A DNA stretch of 50,702 nucleotides, taken from the NCBI GenBank assembly GCA_031367385.1, contig JANLPS010000253.1:1-50702 (forward strand), in the 5' to 3' direction. This stretch comes from Archangium sp. (GTDB lineage: Bacteria; Myxococcota; Myxococcia; Myxococcales; Myxococcaceae). Below are positions 8,114 to 18,318 of the stretch, one piece after another; position 1 is the stretch's first letter, and the number at the start of each line of letters is the position of its first letter. The translations under genes were made by a program, and so were the position numbers. Below the pieces are notes generated by a model. That model saw only the letters and a program-made list of their open reading frames with translations, had not been told where the DNA came from and searched no databases.

Positions 8114-11100
8114 ATGTCTTCGACTGATCACCCCACTTCGTCAGACGTGCGCGCGCCGCCCTGGCTCGAGCTGCAGCAGCTGCTGGGCGTCGGCGGCATG
8201 GGCAAGGTGTATCAGGCGCTCGACAAGCGCTCGGGCGATGTGATCGCGGTGAAGACGCTGACCAACTTCGTCGGCAAAGAGCTGCTCTGTCTCAAGAACG
8301 AGTTTCGCTCGTTCGCCGACGTGGTTCACCCGAACCTGATCAGCCAGCACGAGCTGGTCGAGAACGACGGCCAGTGGTTCTTGCTGATGGAGCTGCTCGA
8401 GGGCGTCGAGCTGCTCTACCACCTGCGCGGCACGACCCCGCCCTCGCGCATGCACACGCCGGTGAGCGGCAGCTCGAAGAGCAACGCCAACATCGCCATG
8501 ACGCCCAGCCAGCCGACCGACGACCGCACCCGAACGGTGCCGACCTCGCTCACCGAGCCTGACGCGGTGACCGAGCCGCAGGCCGCCGGTAAAAAGCCCG
8601 ACCTGGCGATACGGCGGGTGCTCACCGCGGCCGAGGTCGAGCGGGCGATGCCCGTTCTGCGCCAGCTGGCGTTGGGCATCGAGGCGATTCACCGCTCGGG
8701 TTTTCTGCACCGCGACGTGAAGCCGTCGAACGTGCTGGTCTCGCCCAGCGGGCGCACGGTGTTGCTCGACTTCGGCATCGCCATCGCCAAGCAGGCCGCC
8801 AAGGCCGACGCGGGCATCAACGACGTGGTGGTGGGCACTCCGGCCTACCTGGCGCCGGAGTTGTTGCGGGGGCACGCGGCCTCGACGGCGTCTGACTGGT
8901 TCAGCTTCGGCGTGCTGATGTTCGAGGCGCTCACCGGCGGGCGGCCGTGGGCCTCTGGCGTGAGCTACCGGGCGAAGGTCGATGTGGCCCCCCCACGCGT
9001 AAACCAGTTCGCGCCCGGCACCGCCGAGCCGATTTCTCACCTGGTCGCGCGGCTGCTGCTGCCTGACCCGGCCCTGCGCCCGACCTTCACCGAGATCATC
9101 GCCGTGTTGGGTGGCCAGGCCGACGCGGTCACCGCGCAATCGAGCGGTCAAGGCGGCGTGCTGATCGGCCGGCACGATGAACGCCAGCGCCTGCGGGCCT
9201 TGGCGGCCCAGGGCAAGCAGAAGCCGACGTCGATCTTCATTCGCGGGCGCTCCGGCGTCGGCAAGACGGTGCTGATCGCCGAATTTCTGCAGGAGCTCGA
9301 GCGCACCGGGTGGTTGGTGCTCCACGGGCGCTGCTACGAGCAAGAAATCGTGCCGTACAAGACGGTCGACAAGCTGGTCGACTCCTTGACCACCGAGCTC
9401 GAGCGCCACCGCGATTGGGTCGACGAGCTCAAGCCGTCAGACGTGGCGGCCTTGACCCGCGCCTTTCCCGTCTTGCGGGCGGTATTCGCGGTCACCGAGG
9501 CGCAGCAGCGAAATTCTGGAGACGACCCGGCCGACCTGCAGCGCCGCGCGATTCGGGCCCTGACCGAGGTGTTTCAGCGCCTGGCGAAGAAGGTGCCGCT
9601 CGCGGTGTGCGTCGACGACCTCCAGTGGGGTGATCAGGTCGGTGCGCAGGTGCTGATGCGGCTCTCGGTGCCGGGTGGGCCTCCGGCGCTGGTCATCGGC
9701 GGGTTTCGAACCGAAGACTCCGCGAGCCCCACCATTCGCGAGCTGGGCGAGCTGTTTCGCCGCGAGACCGGTCACTCGGCCGACGTGATGTCGCTCGAGC
9801 CGCTCTCGGCCAAAGAGAGCGCTGAGCTGGCCCAAGTGATGGCCGCCGAGGCGGGCATCAAAGACCCGGCGCTGGTGACCTGGGCGCTCACCGAGTCTGA
9901 AGGCCAACCGTTTTTTCTGCACGAGCTGCTCTACGCGGCCGCGCAGAACCCCGAAATCGCCAAGCCCAACCTGGGTCAGGGCCTGCAAGACGTGGTGGCC
10001 AACCGCATTGCCGCGCTCGCGCCTGAAATTCGGCAGCTGCTCGAGGTGGTGTGCCTGGCGGGCAGCGTGGTGCCACTCGAGGTCGCCACCCACGCCTCGG
10101 GCGTGCAGCACTCGGCGCGCCTCTACCAACAGCTGCGGGCGGCCCACTTCATTCGCACCACCCGGCGAGAGAACAAAGAGTTCGTCGACACCTACCACGA
10201 CAAGTTTCGCGAGGTGGTGAGCGCGCGGCTCGAGCCTGGCCGGGCGCAGGTGGTGCACGCCAGCCTGGTGCACGCCTGGCTCAAAGAGTCTGAGCAGGGC
10301 CCTGGGCGGCTCTTCGCCCTCGCGAACCACGCGCGGCTGGCCGGCCCGCAGATCTCGAGCGACGTATCGTTCGCGGTGCAACGCGACGCTGCGTTCGAGG
10401 CGGTCGCCACCTTCGATTCGGCCCGTGCCCGCGAGTTCTTGCTCGGCGCGCAGGCCATCGCCGCGCAAAAAGGAGAAGCCCTCAGCCCCGAGCTCGACCG
10501 GCTGTTGGGCGATGTCTGTCTGGCGGCCGACGACGTCGAGGGCGCGAAGGCGGCGTTCGAACGGGTCTTGGCCAAGAGCGACGACGCGGCCACCCGCGCC
10601 GGAGCCCACACCGGCCTCTCGCGCCTGTTCATGAGCAGCCTCAACACCCGCGAGGCCTTTGCCGAGTCGGGCAAGGCCCTCGAGGCGTTGGGGCTCAAGC
10701 CAGTCAGACCCTCGCTGCTCGATTTGCTGGGCGCGGTCTTCATCGTGCTGTTTACATTGCTGCGAACCAAGCTCTTCGGCCGCGGCCGCCAGCGCTCACG
10801 CGATGAGTTCGCCGCGCAGCTGTATTCAATGTCGGGGTTCTCCGGCTACTTTCTGTTCGACCGCAAGCTGCTGCTGGGCGGCTCGCTGCGAGGGTTCGCC
10901 CCGATGAGCCGCTTGCCTCCCAGCGGAGCGATGGCCGAGTGGTACGGCTTCTCGTCGGTCATCGCCAGCGTGGTCGGGTTTCGCGGGCTCAGCCGGTCGA
11001 TGATCAAGATGGGGCACCAGGTCGCGGCCCAGGTCAGCGACCCCGCGGCGCAGGCCTTCGTCTCGGGCTTCGAAGCGTTGGCCGTCGACATGGGCGGTGA

Positions 11101-11950
11101 GCCGCTGGAGGGCGAGCGCCTGGGCATCGCCGCCGTCGAAAACGGCACCCGGATGGACGTCTCGAGCTACCTGACGGTCGTCTCCGGGGTGACCTGGAAC
11201 GTGCTGATGCGAGGGCAGGTTCGAACGGCCCAGCACCTCATCAACCTCGGTCTCGCGCGCATGGAATCGACCGGCCAGAGCTTGATCGCCCGCGGGCACA
11301 CCTTTCGCTCGTATCTGGGCACCATCGACGCCCTGCTCGGGAAGCCCGAAGAGGGCCTGGCGAGCCTCGACGCGTACAGCGAGTTTCTGCGCCAGCACGC
11401 CCCCGACGACGTGTTTCGGTTGATCTTGCTGCTCGGGCACCGCGCGTACTTTCTGCACCTGACCGGGGCCAGTGATGCTGAGCTCGAGGCGTGTTTCACG
11501 CAGCATGACGCCTACGGCATCGCCCCCGGGCTGCACGTGCAGACGCTGCGGCACTTCTATCTGGCTAAGGCGATGCGGCGAGGAGACCAGCTAGTGGCCG
11601 CCCCGCGCGATGCCCGGCTGCTCGACGACGCGAACGCACTGGTTCAAACGCTGCGCTCATTCGGCAGCTATCAGACCACCGGGCTGCACCGTGAGCTGCT
11701 CGAGGCCAAGCTGAGCTGGGCGCGGGGCAACAACCCCGTGCCCGCGCTGCGCTCGCTGCGCGAGAAGGCCGAGCGGCTCGAGGCTCCGTGGCTGGTCATC
11801 GAAGCGATGATCGCCGAGGCGATGTGGCTGCGGAGCACCGGCAAGCCCGATGAAGCCGAGCGGGTACAGCAGGGGCTCGAGGCGCTCGCCACCGAGCATG
11901 GCTTGGTGGGGCTCATCACCCGCAGCCGCCGATTCATTCAATTGATGTGA
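8114..11950 (+). CDS. Ser/Thr protein kinase fused to AAA ATPase and TPR-like region
   Basis: LGVGGMGKVY, AVK, HRDVKPSN, DFG, GTPAYLAPE; Walker A GRSGVGKT; Walker B VCVDDLQW; GQPFFLHEL; helical C-terminus. Confidence 0.92.
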   Translation: MSSTDHPTSSDVRAPPWLELQQLLGVGGMGKVYQALDKRSGDVIAVKTLTNFVGKELLCLKNEFRSFADVVHPNLISQHELVENDGQWFLLMELLEGVELLYHLRGTTPPSRMHTPVSGSSKSNANIAMTPSQPTDDRTRTVPTSLTEPDAVTEPQAAGKKPDLAIRRVLTAAEVERAMPVLRQLALGIEAIHRSGFLHRDVKPSNVLVSPSGRTVLLDFGIAIAKQAAKADAGINDVVVGTPAYLAPELLRGHAASTASDWFSFGVLMFEALTGGRPWASGVSYRAKVDVAPPRVNQFAPGTAEPISHLVARLLLPDPALRPTFTEIIAVLGGQADAVTAQSSGQGGVLIGRHDERQRLRALAAQGKQKPTSIFIRGRSGVGKTVLIAEFLQELERTGWLVLHGRCYEQEIVPYKTVDKLVDSLTTELERHRDWVDELKPSDVAALTRAFPVLRAVFAVTEAQQRNSGDDPADLQRRAIRALTEVFQRLAKKVPLAVCVDDLQWGDQVGAQVLMRLSVPGGPPALVIGGFRTEDSASPTIRELGELFRRETGHSADVMSLEPLSAKESAELAQVMAAEAGIKDPALVTWALTESEGQPFFLHELLYAAAQNPEIAKPNLGQGLQDVVANRIAALAPEIRQLLEVVCLAGSVVPLEVATHASGVQHSARLYQQLRAAHFIRTTRRENKEFVDTYHDKFREVVSARLEPGRAQVVHASLVHAWLKESEQGPGRLFALANHARLAGPQISSDVSFAVQRDAAFEAVATFDSARAREFLLGAQAIAAQKGEALSPELDRLLGDVCLAADDVEGAKAAFERVLAKSDDAATRAGAHTGLSRLFMSSLNTREAFAESGKALEALGLKPVRPSLLDLLGAVFIVLFTLLRTKLFGRGRQRSRDEFAAQLYSMSGFSGYFLFDRKLLLGGSLRGFAPMSRLPPSGAMAEWYGFSSVIASVVGFRGLSRSMIKMGHQVAAQVSDPAAQAFVSGFEALAVDMGGEPLEGERLGIAAVENGTRMDVSSYLTVVSGVTWNVLMRGQVRTAQHLINLGLARMESTGQSLIARGHTFRSYLGTIDALLGKPEEGLASLDAYSEFLRQHAPDDVFRLILLLGHRAYFLHLTGASDAELEACFTQHDAYGIAPGLHVQTLRHFYLAKAMRRGDQLVAAPRDARLLDDANALVQTLRSFGSYQTTGLHRELLEAKLSWARGNNPVPALRSLREKAERLEAPWLVIEAMIAEAMWLRSTGKPDEAERVQQGLEALATEHGLVGLITRSRRFIQLM

Positions 11951-11954
11951 GGCG

Positions 11955-12929
11955 TCACGGCTCTTGCGGCAGGGCGCCCATCGGGCGGCTGACCAGCGAC
12001 TGGAGCACGCTCGAGTTGACCTTCACGTTGGCCTTGGCGCGCAGCCCGGCGACGAACTCACGCTGCCGCTCGGCCCGGAGCTTCTCGACCAGGGCCTGCT
12101 CGATGCTCGCGCGCACCTCGGTCAGCTCGCGCTTGCGGGGTGGCTTCTTCTCGATGACCTTGAAGAGCTGAAACCCGTACTCGGTCGACACCACCTCGCT
12201 GACCTGCCCAGCCGAGAGCTTGAAGACCACCTCGTCGAACACCGGCGGCATCTCACCACGCTTGAAGAAGCCCAGGTCGCCACCGACTTTGGCGTCGGGC
12301 GTCTGTGAGAAGCGCCGGGCGAGGTCTTGAAATTTCTTACCCTGGGCGAGCAGCTGCTGAATCTTCTTCGCCTCGTCGAGGCCTTTGACCACCAGCTGCA
12401 GCGCGTGCACCCGCTCGGGCTCTGAGTACTCATCGGCGTGCTCGTCGAACGATCGGCGAATCTGGTCTTCGGTGACGGCCACGCGTGAAAACACCTGATC
12501 TTGAAACAGTTTTTCGATGATCAGCTGCTCGCGGGTCTTGCGCATCAGCTCGCTGCGGGTGGTGTGCGTCTGGGCCAGCGCCTCGTCGAAGGTGCCCGCG
12601 GGGTACTCGCTGGCCAGCGCGAGCATGCGGCGGTCGACCTCCTCTTGGGTCACGTCGAGGTGCGCGGCCCGGGCGGCCTGCAGCAGCACCAGCCGCTCGA
12701 CCATGGTGGTGAGCAGGGTCTGCTTGTACGGCTCGATTTGCTCGGGGGTGTGCGAGGCGACGCCCTCCATCGCCTGGGCTTCGCGGCCAAGCTCGAGCTC
12801 GAAATCGGCTTTGGGGATGACTTCTCCGTTGACGGTCGCGACCACGTTGGGGTCTTGCTTGAGCGTCTGCTCCTGGGAGCACCCGATCAGCAGGGCCAGG
12901 CAAACCAGGGAGGCGCGTCGCAGGAGCAC
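11955..12929 (-). CDS. SurA/PpiC-type peptidylprolyl isomerase lipoprotein
   Basis: Lipobox LIGC; VVATVNGEVI; parvulin motifs FQDLARRFS, GGDLGFF, EVVSTEYGFQLFKV. Confidence 0.9.
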   Translation of the reverse strand: MLLRRASLVCLALLIGCSQEQTLKQDPNVVATVNGEVIPKADFELELGREAQAMEGVASHTPEQIEPYKQTLLTTMVERLVLLQAARAAHLDVTQEEVDRRMLALASEYPAGTFDEALAQTHTTRSELMRKTREQLIIEKLFQDQVFSRVAVTEDQIRRSFDEHADEYSEPERVHALQLVVKGLDEAKKIQQLLAQGKKFQDLARRFSQTPDAKVGGDLGFFKRGEMPPVFDEVVFKLSAGQVSEVVSTEYGFQLFKVIEKKPPRKRELTEVRASIEQALVEKLRAERQREFVAGLRAKANVKVNSSVLQSLVSRPMGALPQEP

Positions 12930-12989
12930 GAGGCGTCGCGTACCAGAGGGGGTGCGTGAAATCGAGCGGCTTAGAACTTCGGGGCGCGT

Positions 12990-13457
12990 CTACTTGGGCC
13001 CGAAGCTCGAGAGCGCGAAGAAGGCGCGAATCTTGTCGTTGGTCTCGCGCAGGCGGCTCGAGAGGGTGCGAACGAAGGTCCACAACAAGACCGAGGCGAG
13101 CTCTTTGTCGGTGAACATCACCTGGTCGAGCTTGTCGCGCGACAGCTCGTACAACCGGCACCCCGTATGGGCGATGGCGTCGGCCGAGCGGGGGCCGTCT
13201 TCGATGAGCGACATCTCACCGAAGTAGTGGCCGCGCTCGAGAATGGCCAAGGCCTCTTCGCCGATGCCGGGCACCATCTTCGAGATGCGCACCTTGCCCT
13301 CGACGATGATGAACATCGACGCACCCACATCGCCTTCGCGAAAGACGTGGGCCTGGGCGGGGTAGCTGACTTCGTTGAGGGCGGCTCCGAGCTTGCGCAG
13401 CTGCGCCGAAGTCATGCCCTCGAACAACGCGACGTTTTTCAGAATGGCGACGTCCAT
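12990..13457 (-). CDS. Stand-alone cyclic nucleotide-binding domain protein
   Basis: VFREGD, MFIIVEGKVRI, phosphate-binding cassette FGEMSL...RSADA; no HTH. Confidence 0.9.
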   Translation of the reverse strand: MDVAILKNVALFEGMTSAQLRKLGAALNEVSYPAQAHVFREGDVGASMFIIVEGKVRISKMVPGIGEEALAILERGHYFGEMSLIEDGPRSADAIAHTGCRLYELSRDKLDQVMFTDKELASVLLWTFVRTLSSRLRETNDKIRAFFALSSFGPK

Positions 13458-13567
13458 CGGTCGGGCAGTCGTAGCAGACTGGCCGCCCTTGTCCCCAATT
13501 TGGTCTGGAGCGCCCCCGGGTGAAGCGCGTTATAAAGGCGCCTCTCCTAAAGACCCCCAAGGCAGGC

Positions 13568-14524
13568 ATGCAGACCAACAAAATCACGATCATCGGCTCG
13601 GGCCCGGCCGGGTACACCGCCGCCATTTATGCCGCTCGCGCGAACTTGAGCCCCGTGGTCTTCGCCGGAGGCCCCTCGGAGGCCGATTCGCGCCGCGTGC
13701 CCGGCGGCCAGCTGATGATCACCACCGAGGTCGAGAACTACCCCGGTTTTCCCGAGTCGGTGACGGGCCCTGACCTGATGGAGAAGTTTCAGAAGCAGGC
13801 CGAGCGCTTCGGCACCAAGGTGCACATGGAGAACGTGCTCAGCGTCGACTGGTCGAAGCGGCCCTTTCACATCAAGGGCGAATCGGTCGAGTACCTCTCT
13901 GAGGTCATCGTCATCGCCACCGGCGCCTCGGCGAAGTGGCTCGACGCGAAGGGTGAGAGCGAGTTCATGAACCGCGGCGTCTCGGCCTGCGCGACCTGCG
14001 ACGGGTTCTTCTTCAAGAAGCTCGACGTGATCGTCGTCGGCGGCGGCGACACCGCGATGGAAGAAGCCAGCTACCTCTCGAAGATGTGCAGCTCGGTGAC
14101 AGTGGTTGTACGGCGCCACGAATTGCGCGCCTCGAAGATCATGCAGGAGCGAGCGATGCAGAACCCGAAGATCAAATTCGTGTGGAACTCGGCAATCGAA
14201 GAGATCGTCGGCGACGCGAAGGGCGTGACCGGAGCGGTCGTCAAGAACCTGAAGAGCGGCGACACGAGCAAGATCGAAGCGAAGGCGGTGTTCGTCGCGA
14301 TCGGCCATGAGCCGACGACCGAGCTGTTCAAGACCACCCTCAAGCTCCAACCCAACGGCTACCTGTGGGTCGAGCCCGGCACCACCAAGACCAGCCTCGA
14401 GGGCGTCTTCGCCTGCGGAGACGTGATGGACGCGACCTGGCGCCAGGCCATCACCGCGGCCGGCACCGGGTGCATGGCGGCGATTGAAGCCGAGCGGTGG
14501 ATGACCGAGCACGGCCTGGCTTGA
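13568..14524 (+). CDS. trxB: Thioredoxin-disulfide reductase
   Basis: GSGPAGYTAA, redox motif CATCDG, VGGGDTAMEEA, FACGDV, RQAITAAGTG. ATG 13568 preferred as start. Confidence 0.96.
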   Translation: MQTNKITIIGSGPAGYTAAIYAARANLSPVVFAGGPSEADSRRVPGGQLMITTEVENYPGFPESVTGPDLMEKFQKQAERFGTKVHMENVLSVDWSKRPFHIKGESVEYLSEVIVIATGASAKWLDAKGESEFMNRGVSACATCDGFFFKKLDVIVVGGGDTAMEEASYLSKMCSSVTVVVRRHELRASKIMQERAMQNPKIKFVWNSAIEEIVGDAKGVTGAVVKNLKSGDTSKIEAKAVFVAIGHEPTTELFKTTLKLQPNGYLWVEPGTTKTSLEGVFACGDVMDATWRQAITAAGTGCMAAIEAERWMTEHGLA

Positions 14525-14572
14525 AATGAGGGGCGGAACCGGGGCTGAAGGCACTTTGTCGGAGCGGCCCCC

Positions 14573-15955
14573 ATGACCCTCTCACTGCTGTTGATGGCGG
14601 TCGCTGCGCAGCCGATGGCCTCGGTGCAGCTGACCGATTTTCCCTTCGTGCGGCAGGCGCCTGATTTCTGCGGCGAAGCCGACGTGTCGATGGCGATGCA
14701 GCACTTCGGGTACCCGGTCTCGCAAGATCAGGTCTTCGCCGCGACCGGCCTCGACCCCGCGCTGGGCCGAGGGGCCTACGCCGATGATCTCGCGCGGGGG
14801 CTCAAGGCGCTGGGCGTCAACCCGGGGCCGGTGTGGTTTCGTGTAGACCCGAGTACGGCGACGGCGCAGGTCGAGGCCCAGTGGCGCGCGCTGCACGCTG
14901 ACCTCGTGAAGGGCCAACCGAGCATCGTGTGCATGCACTACGACGCGCAGCCCAAGACGACCGAGCACTTTCGGTTGGTGACTGGCTACGACGCGGCCAA
15001 AGACGAGGTGATTTACCAGGAGCCCGCTGAAGACAACGGCACCGACCGCCACATGGCCCGCGCCGAGTTCATGAAGCTGTGGCTCTTCAAGTCGAGCCCC
15101 CAGAAGTTCATGGTGATTCGCTTCGAGCTGCCCAAGCCCTCGAAGGCGCCGGTGCTGCCTGCCGAGGTCACCCCAACCGCGGCCGAGGTCGCGCAGCACG
15201 TGATGGAGCTCAAGCCGACGTTGCCGCCCGGCAGCACGCTGGTGTGGGAGAAGCCGTTTCTGGTGGTGGGCAATGAGCCGGGCGACCAAGTGCGTGAGCG
15301 GGCCAAGACCTTGGTGCGTCGCGAGCGAGACCTGCTGCTCAAAGACTTCTTCGATGAGGCCCCGGTCGTGCTGCAGGAGGTCTGGGTGCTCAAAGACAAA
15401 CAGACCTACGAGAAGTACTCGCGGGAGCTGTTCAAGATCGACCCTGACACGCCGTATGGGTACTACCTGTCAGATCGCCGCGCGCTGGTGATGAACATCA
15501 AGCCCGGCTACGGCACGTTGACCCATGAGCTGTTTCACCCGTTCTTTCACCAGGCGTGGCCCGAGGGGCCGGCGTGGCTCAACGAAGGGGTGGCGTCGCT
15601 GTTCGAGCAGCCGGCCGAGCGTGATGGGCACTTCATCGGCAAGGTGAACTGGCGGTTGCCGGGGCTGTTGGCCGGGTTTCGAGCCAACGCGGTGCCATCG
15701 TTCAAGACGCTGGTGCACTTCGCGTCGAACGCTTTCTACAATGATGACACCGGCATTCATTACGCCGAAGCCCGGTACCTTTGCTACTGGCTGCAGGAGC
15801 GCGGGGTGCTGGCCAAGTTCGTACGCCGCGCCGTCGAGCTGAAGGCGGTCGACCCGAGCGGGTGGCAAGCCCTCGAAGAAGTGCTCGGTGCCGACCCCGA
15901 CTCGTTTCGCCCGGAGTGGGAAAGATTCACGAAGGGGCTCCATCGCGGCTCGTGA
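14573..15955 (+). CDS. Secreted two-domain peptidase: C39-like cysteine peptidase + gluzincin metallopeptidase
   Basis: Signal peptide; QAPDFCGEA (Gln/Cys) and EHFRLVTGYD (His); C-terminal HELFH...WLNEGVA. Confidence 0.7.
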   Translation: MTLSLLLMAVAAQPMASVQLTDFPFVRQAPDFCGEADVSMAMQHFGYPVSQDQVFAATGLDPALGRGAYADDLARGLKALGVNPGPVWFRVDPSTATAQVEAQWRALHADLVKGQPSIVCMHYDAQPKTTEHFRLVTGYDAAKDEVIYQEPAEDNGTDRHMARAEFMKLWLFKSSPQKFMVIRFELPKPSKAPVLPAEVTPTAAEVAQHVMELKPTLPPGSTLVWEKPFLVVGNEPGDQVRERAKTLVRRERDLLLKDFFDEAPVVLQEVWVLKDKQTYEKYSRELFKIDPDTPYGYYLSDRRALVMNIKPGYGTLTHELFHPFFHQAWPEGPAWLNEGVASLFEQPAERDGHFIGKVNWRLPGLLAGFRANAVPSFKTLVHFASNAFYNDDTGIHYAEARYLCYWLQERGVLAKFVRRAVELKAVDPSGWQALEEVLGADPDSFRPEWERFTKGLHRGS

Positions 15956-15977
15956 AGTGGCAGTCTGACGCGGCTCG

Positions 15978-16736
15978 ATGTGGATGATACCGGTGATGAA
16001 CGCGGCGTTGGTGCTGGCCGTGGCGGTGATCATGCCCCTCGCGTTTCGCAGCTCGTGGTGGCCTTGGTTGGTGGCCGCCGCGTGCGTGATTGGCTCGCTG
16101 TGGCTTGACGCAGGCGCCGTGGCCGCCGTGCTGTTGCTGCCGTGGGTGGGGCTGCTTGGGGCCAGGTTGATTCGGTCGGCCAGCGCGCTCGACGTCATCG
16201 CCGCAGGGTTTGGTCTGGTCTCGGCGTCGGCGCTGATCTTCTCACGGTTCGAGTGGTCGCTGTTCGGCATCACCGAGCCGATCATCAAGCTCACCGCGTT
16301 GCACTTCTCGTACGCGGGCGTCGGCACCTTCACGCTCGCGCGGAGGCTGGTCGAGCGGCTGCCCGGGTCGCGGGTGGCTCGGGTGACGTTGGGGTTGGTG
16401 ATCATCGCTCCGGGGTTGGTGGCGTTCGGGTTCATCGCCCGCTCGAGCGTCGGTCAAGTCGGCGGAGCGCTGGTGATGACCGCTGGAACCTGGCTGGTGG
16501 CCCTGCAGCATGTCGGGCAGCTGCGCTCGCTGGGGCTCTGGCCGCGCGCCCTGATGGTGATGTCGTGTCTCTCGCCGTGGGTCTCGATGGTGCTGGCGGT
16601 GAGCTGGGCCGCGAACAATTACTGGCCCGCGGTGCCGGCCTTGACCGTGGTCGACATGGTGCCGACCCATGGGGCACTCAATGCCTTCGGGTTCGTGCTG
16701 TGCGCGCTGTTGGCTCAGCACCGAATCAAGGCGTGA
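15978..16736 (+). CDS. YndJ-like integral membrane protein
   Basis: Multiple TM segments; LTALHFSYAG and MVPTHGALNAFGF resemble YndJ motifs. Confidence 0.7.
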   Translation: MWMIPVMNAALVLAVAVIMPLAFRSSWWPWLVAAACVIGSLWLDAGAVAAVLLLPWVGLLGARLIRSASALDVIAAGFGLVSASALIFSRFEWSLFGITEPIIKLTALHFSYAGVGTFTLARRLVERLPGSRVARVTLGLVIIAPGLVAFGFIARSSVGQVGGALVMTAGTWLVALQHVGQLRSLGLWPRALMVMSCLSPWVSMVLAVSWAANNYWPAVPALTVVDMVPTHGALNAFGFVLCALLAQHRIKA

Positions 16737-18225
16737 TGAACGGGTCTTCGGCGCCGCGCCACATGGCCGTGCCCTGGTCGTCGAAGAGGGGCAGCCCCGC
16801 GGGCGCAGAGGCCGACAATGCGCCGACGTAATACACCCCGTCGAAGCCCTCGGGTGAGGTGCGCTCGAAGAGCCGAAAATCGCGCACGAGCTGCAGGCTG
16901 CCCAGCCGCTGACTGGGGCCTGGTTGCGCCGACCAGGTGCCGCACTTCATCGCGCCGCCTCCGGTGCTGTGACAGGTCCAGTGGTGGCCGGGCTCGAACG
17001 ACACGTCGAAGGCGTGGGTCTTCTCGGGCAACACCGCGGCGAGCCTGGCGCCGAAGGGGTAAAGCTCGGGGTCCCACTCGGTGCCCTTGCGCTTGGAGAT
17101 GTTCACGTTGCCAGCCATCACGACGATCAGCCGGTTCGGGTTCTGTTCGCGGTACCGCAGAATCGCCGCGGCGATGCCGGCCTGGCGAAGGTTGCCCGAG
17201 GCGTTCGGTTCGACCGCGAGGAGGTTCAACTTCGCGCCCGCCGCTCGCCGCGCCCGCACGTGCTCGATGAAGAACGCATTCGCCCGAGCGCTTCGACCAT
17301 CTTGCCAAGGCCGTTGCCAGAAGGGCGTCGAGACCAGGGCCTTGCGGTCGGCCGCGGTGCCTGCGGAGGTCAGAAAGGCGTTGAGCGATGCTTGCTCGCT
17401 GCGAGGGAGCGGGAGGGCAATGGTGAGCGGGACACCCAGCGCGGCGACACCGCAGGAGAGGCGTTCGAGGGCCTCCCACGGCTCATGGGCCCCGAAGGGG
17501 TCACCCAGCAAAATCAAGTGCCCGGCGGCGACCATCGGCGTCAAGGCGTCGCTGATGGAGGGGCAGGGGTCGGCCTCGACGATGTTGGGTTGAAAGTCGG
17601 CCGCCGGAGCGGGCTCGGCCGGGTCGGGCAGCGGCATCACCTCGTCGAGGCTCTCTTCGTGAAACTGACTCACCTCGAGGTCAGCCGAGCCATCGATCTC
17701 GGCGGCGATGACGGCCTCTGTCTCACGGTCGCGAACGAATGGGGTCGCGGCGGTTGAGCGGGTCTCGACCTGCGCAGCGGCTCCCATCTTGGCCGGGTCA
17801 TCGAAGGCCCCACCCGAGATGCGCTCGGCCTGGTCGCTCCAGCCGTAGCGCTCAGCGCGCTCGACCATCACCTTCGTACCGGAGCCATTCGGTGAGAACG
17901 TGACCCGCCAGGCGCGAAGGTCGGAGAAGTCGTCTCCGCTGTTGCCAGCACGCGAGGGCTGATCTTCTTTGGCGGCGCCGCCGAGCGCAAACGCGCCAGT
18001 GCGCACGCGGCGGGTGGTGCGATCGATGGGCGCTGTGAGCCACACGTGGGGGTCGGTCGAGGGCGTGAAGGTGACTCCGCGTTTTTCGAAGGCGGCACGC
18101 ACCAACGCCTGGGTCTTCTCTTCTGAGAAATCATAGGTGCGCGCGATGCCAGAGGTGTCTTCGGCTCGGGGCGAGAGCGTGGCGCAGGCAGACAGCATCA
18201 GAGCGACGAAGAACGTCAGGCGCAT
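16726..18225 (-). CDS. Lipoprotein with C-terminal EreA/ChaN/TIKI-superfamily-like domain, apparently degenerate
   Basis: Lipobox LSAC; C-terminal half LILLGDPFG...LTIALP...FWQRPWQDGRS...GNVN...GFDGVYYVG. Confidence 0.55.
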   Translation of the reverse strand: MRLTFFVALMLSACATLSPRAEDTSGIARTYDFSEEKTQALVRAAFEKRGVTFTPSTDPHVWLTAPIDRTTRRVRTGAFALGGAAKEDQPSRAGNSGDDFSDLRAWRVTFSPNGSGTKVMVERAERYGWSDQAERISGGAFDDPAKMGAAAQVETRSTAATPFVRDRETEAVIAAEIDGSADLEVSQFHEESLDEVMPLPDPAEPAPAADFQPNIVEADPCPSISDALTPMVAAGHLILLGDPFGAHEPWEALERLSCGVAALGVPLTIALPLPRSEQASLNAFLTSAGTAADRKALVSTPFWQRPWQDGRSARANAFFIEHVRARRAAGAKLNLLAVEPNASGNLRQAGIAAAILRYREQNPNRLIVVMAGNVNISKRKGTEWDPELYPFGARLAAVLPEKTHAFDVSFEPGHHWTCHSTGGGAMKCGTWSAQPGPSQRLGSLQLVRDFRLFERTSPEGFDGVYYVGALSASAPAGLPLFDDQGTAMWRGAEDPFITP

Positions 18226-18318
18226 GCGTGGGTGAACGTACCCCCTGCCGCGCCATATCGTGAGGCCGTTTCTTGAGGGGCGGGCCTCCAGGGCCGTGAG
18301 GGTCCTTCGTGTCCCTGC

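Noticed and set aside
8141..11554. Several long - strand ORFs (422, 390, 242 aa)
   Set aside because: Antisense shadows of the kinase gene.
13547..14554. 335 aa - strand ORF
   Set aside because: Antisense shadow of trxB.
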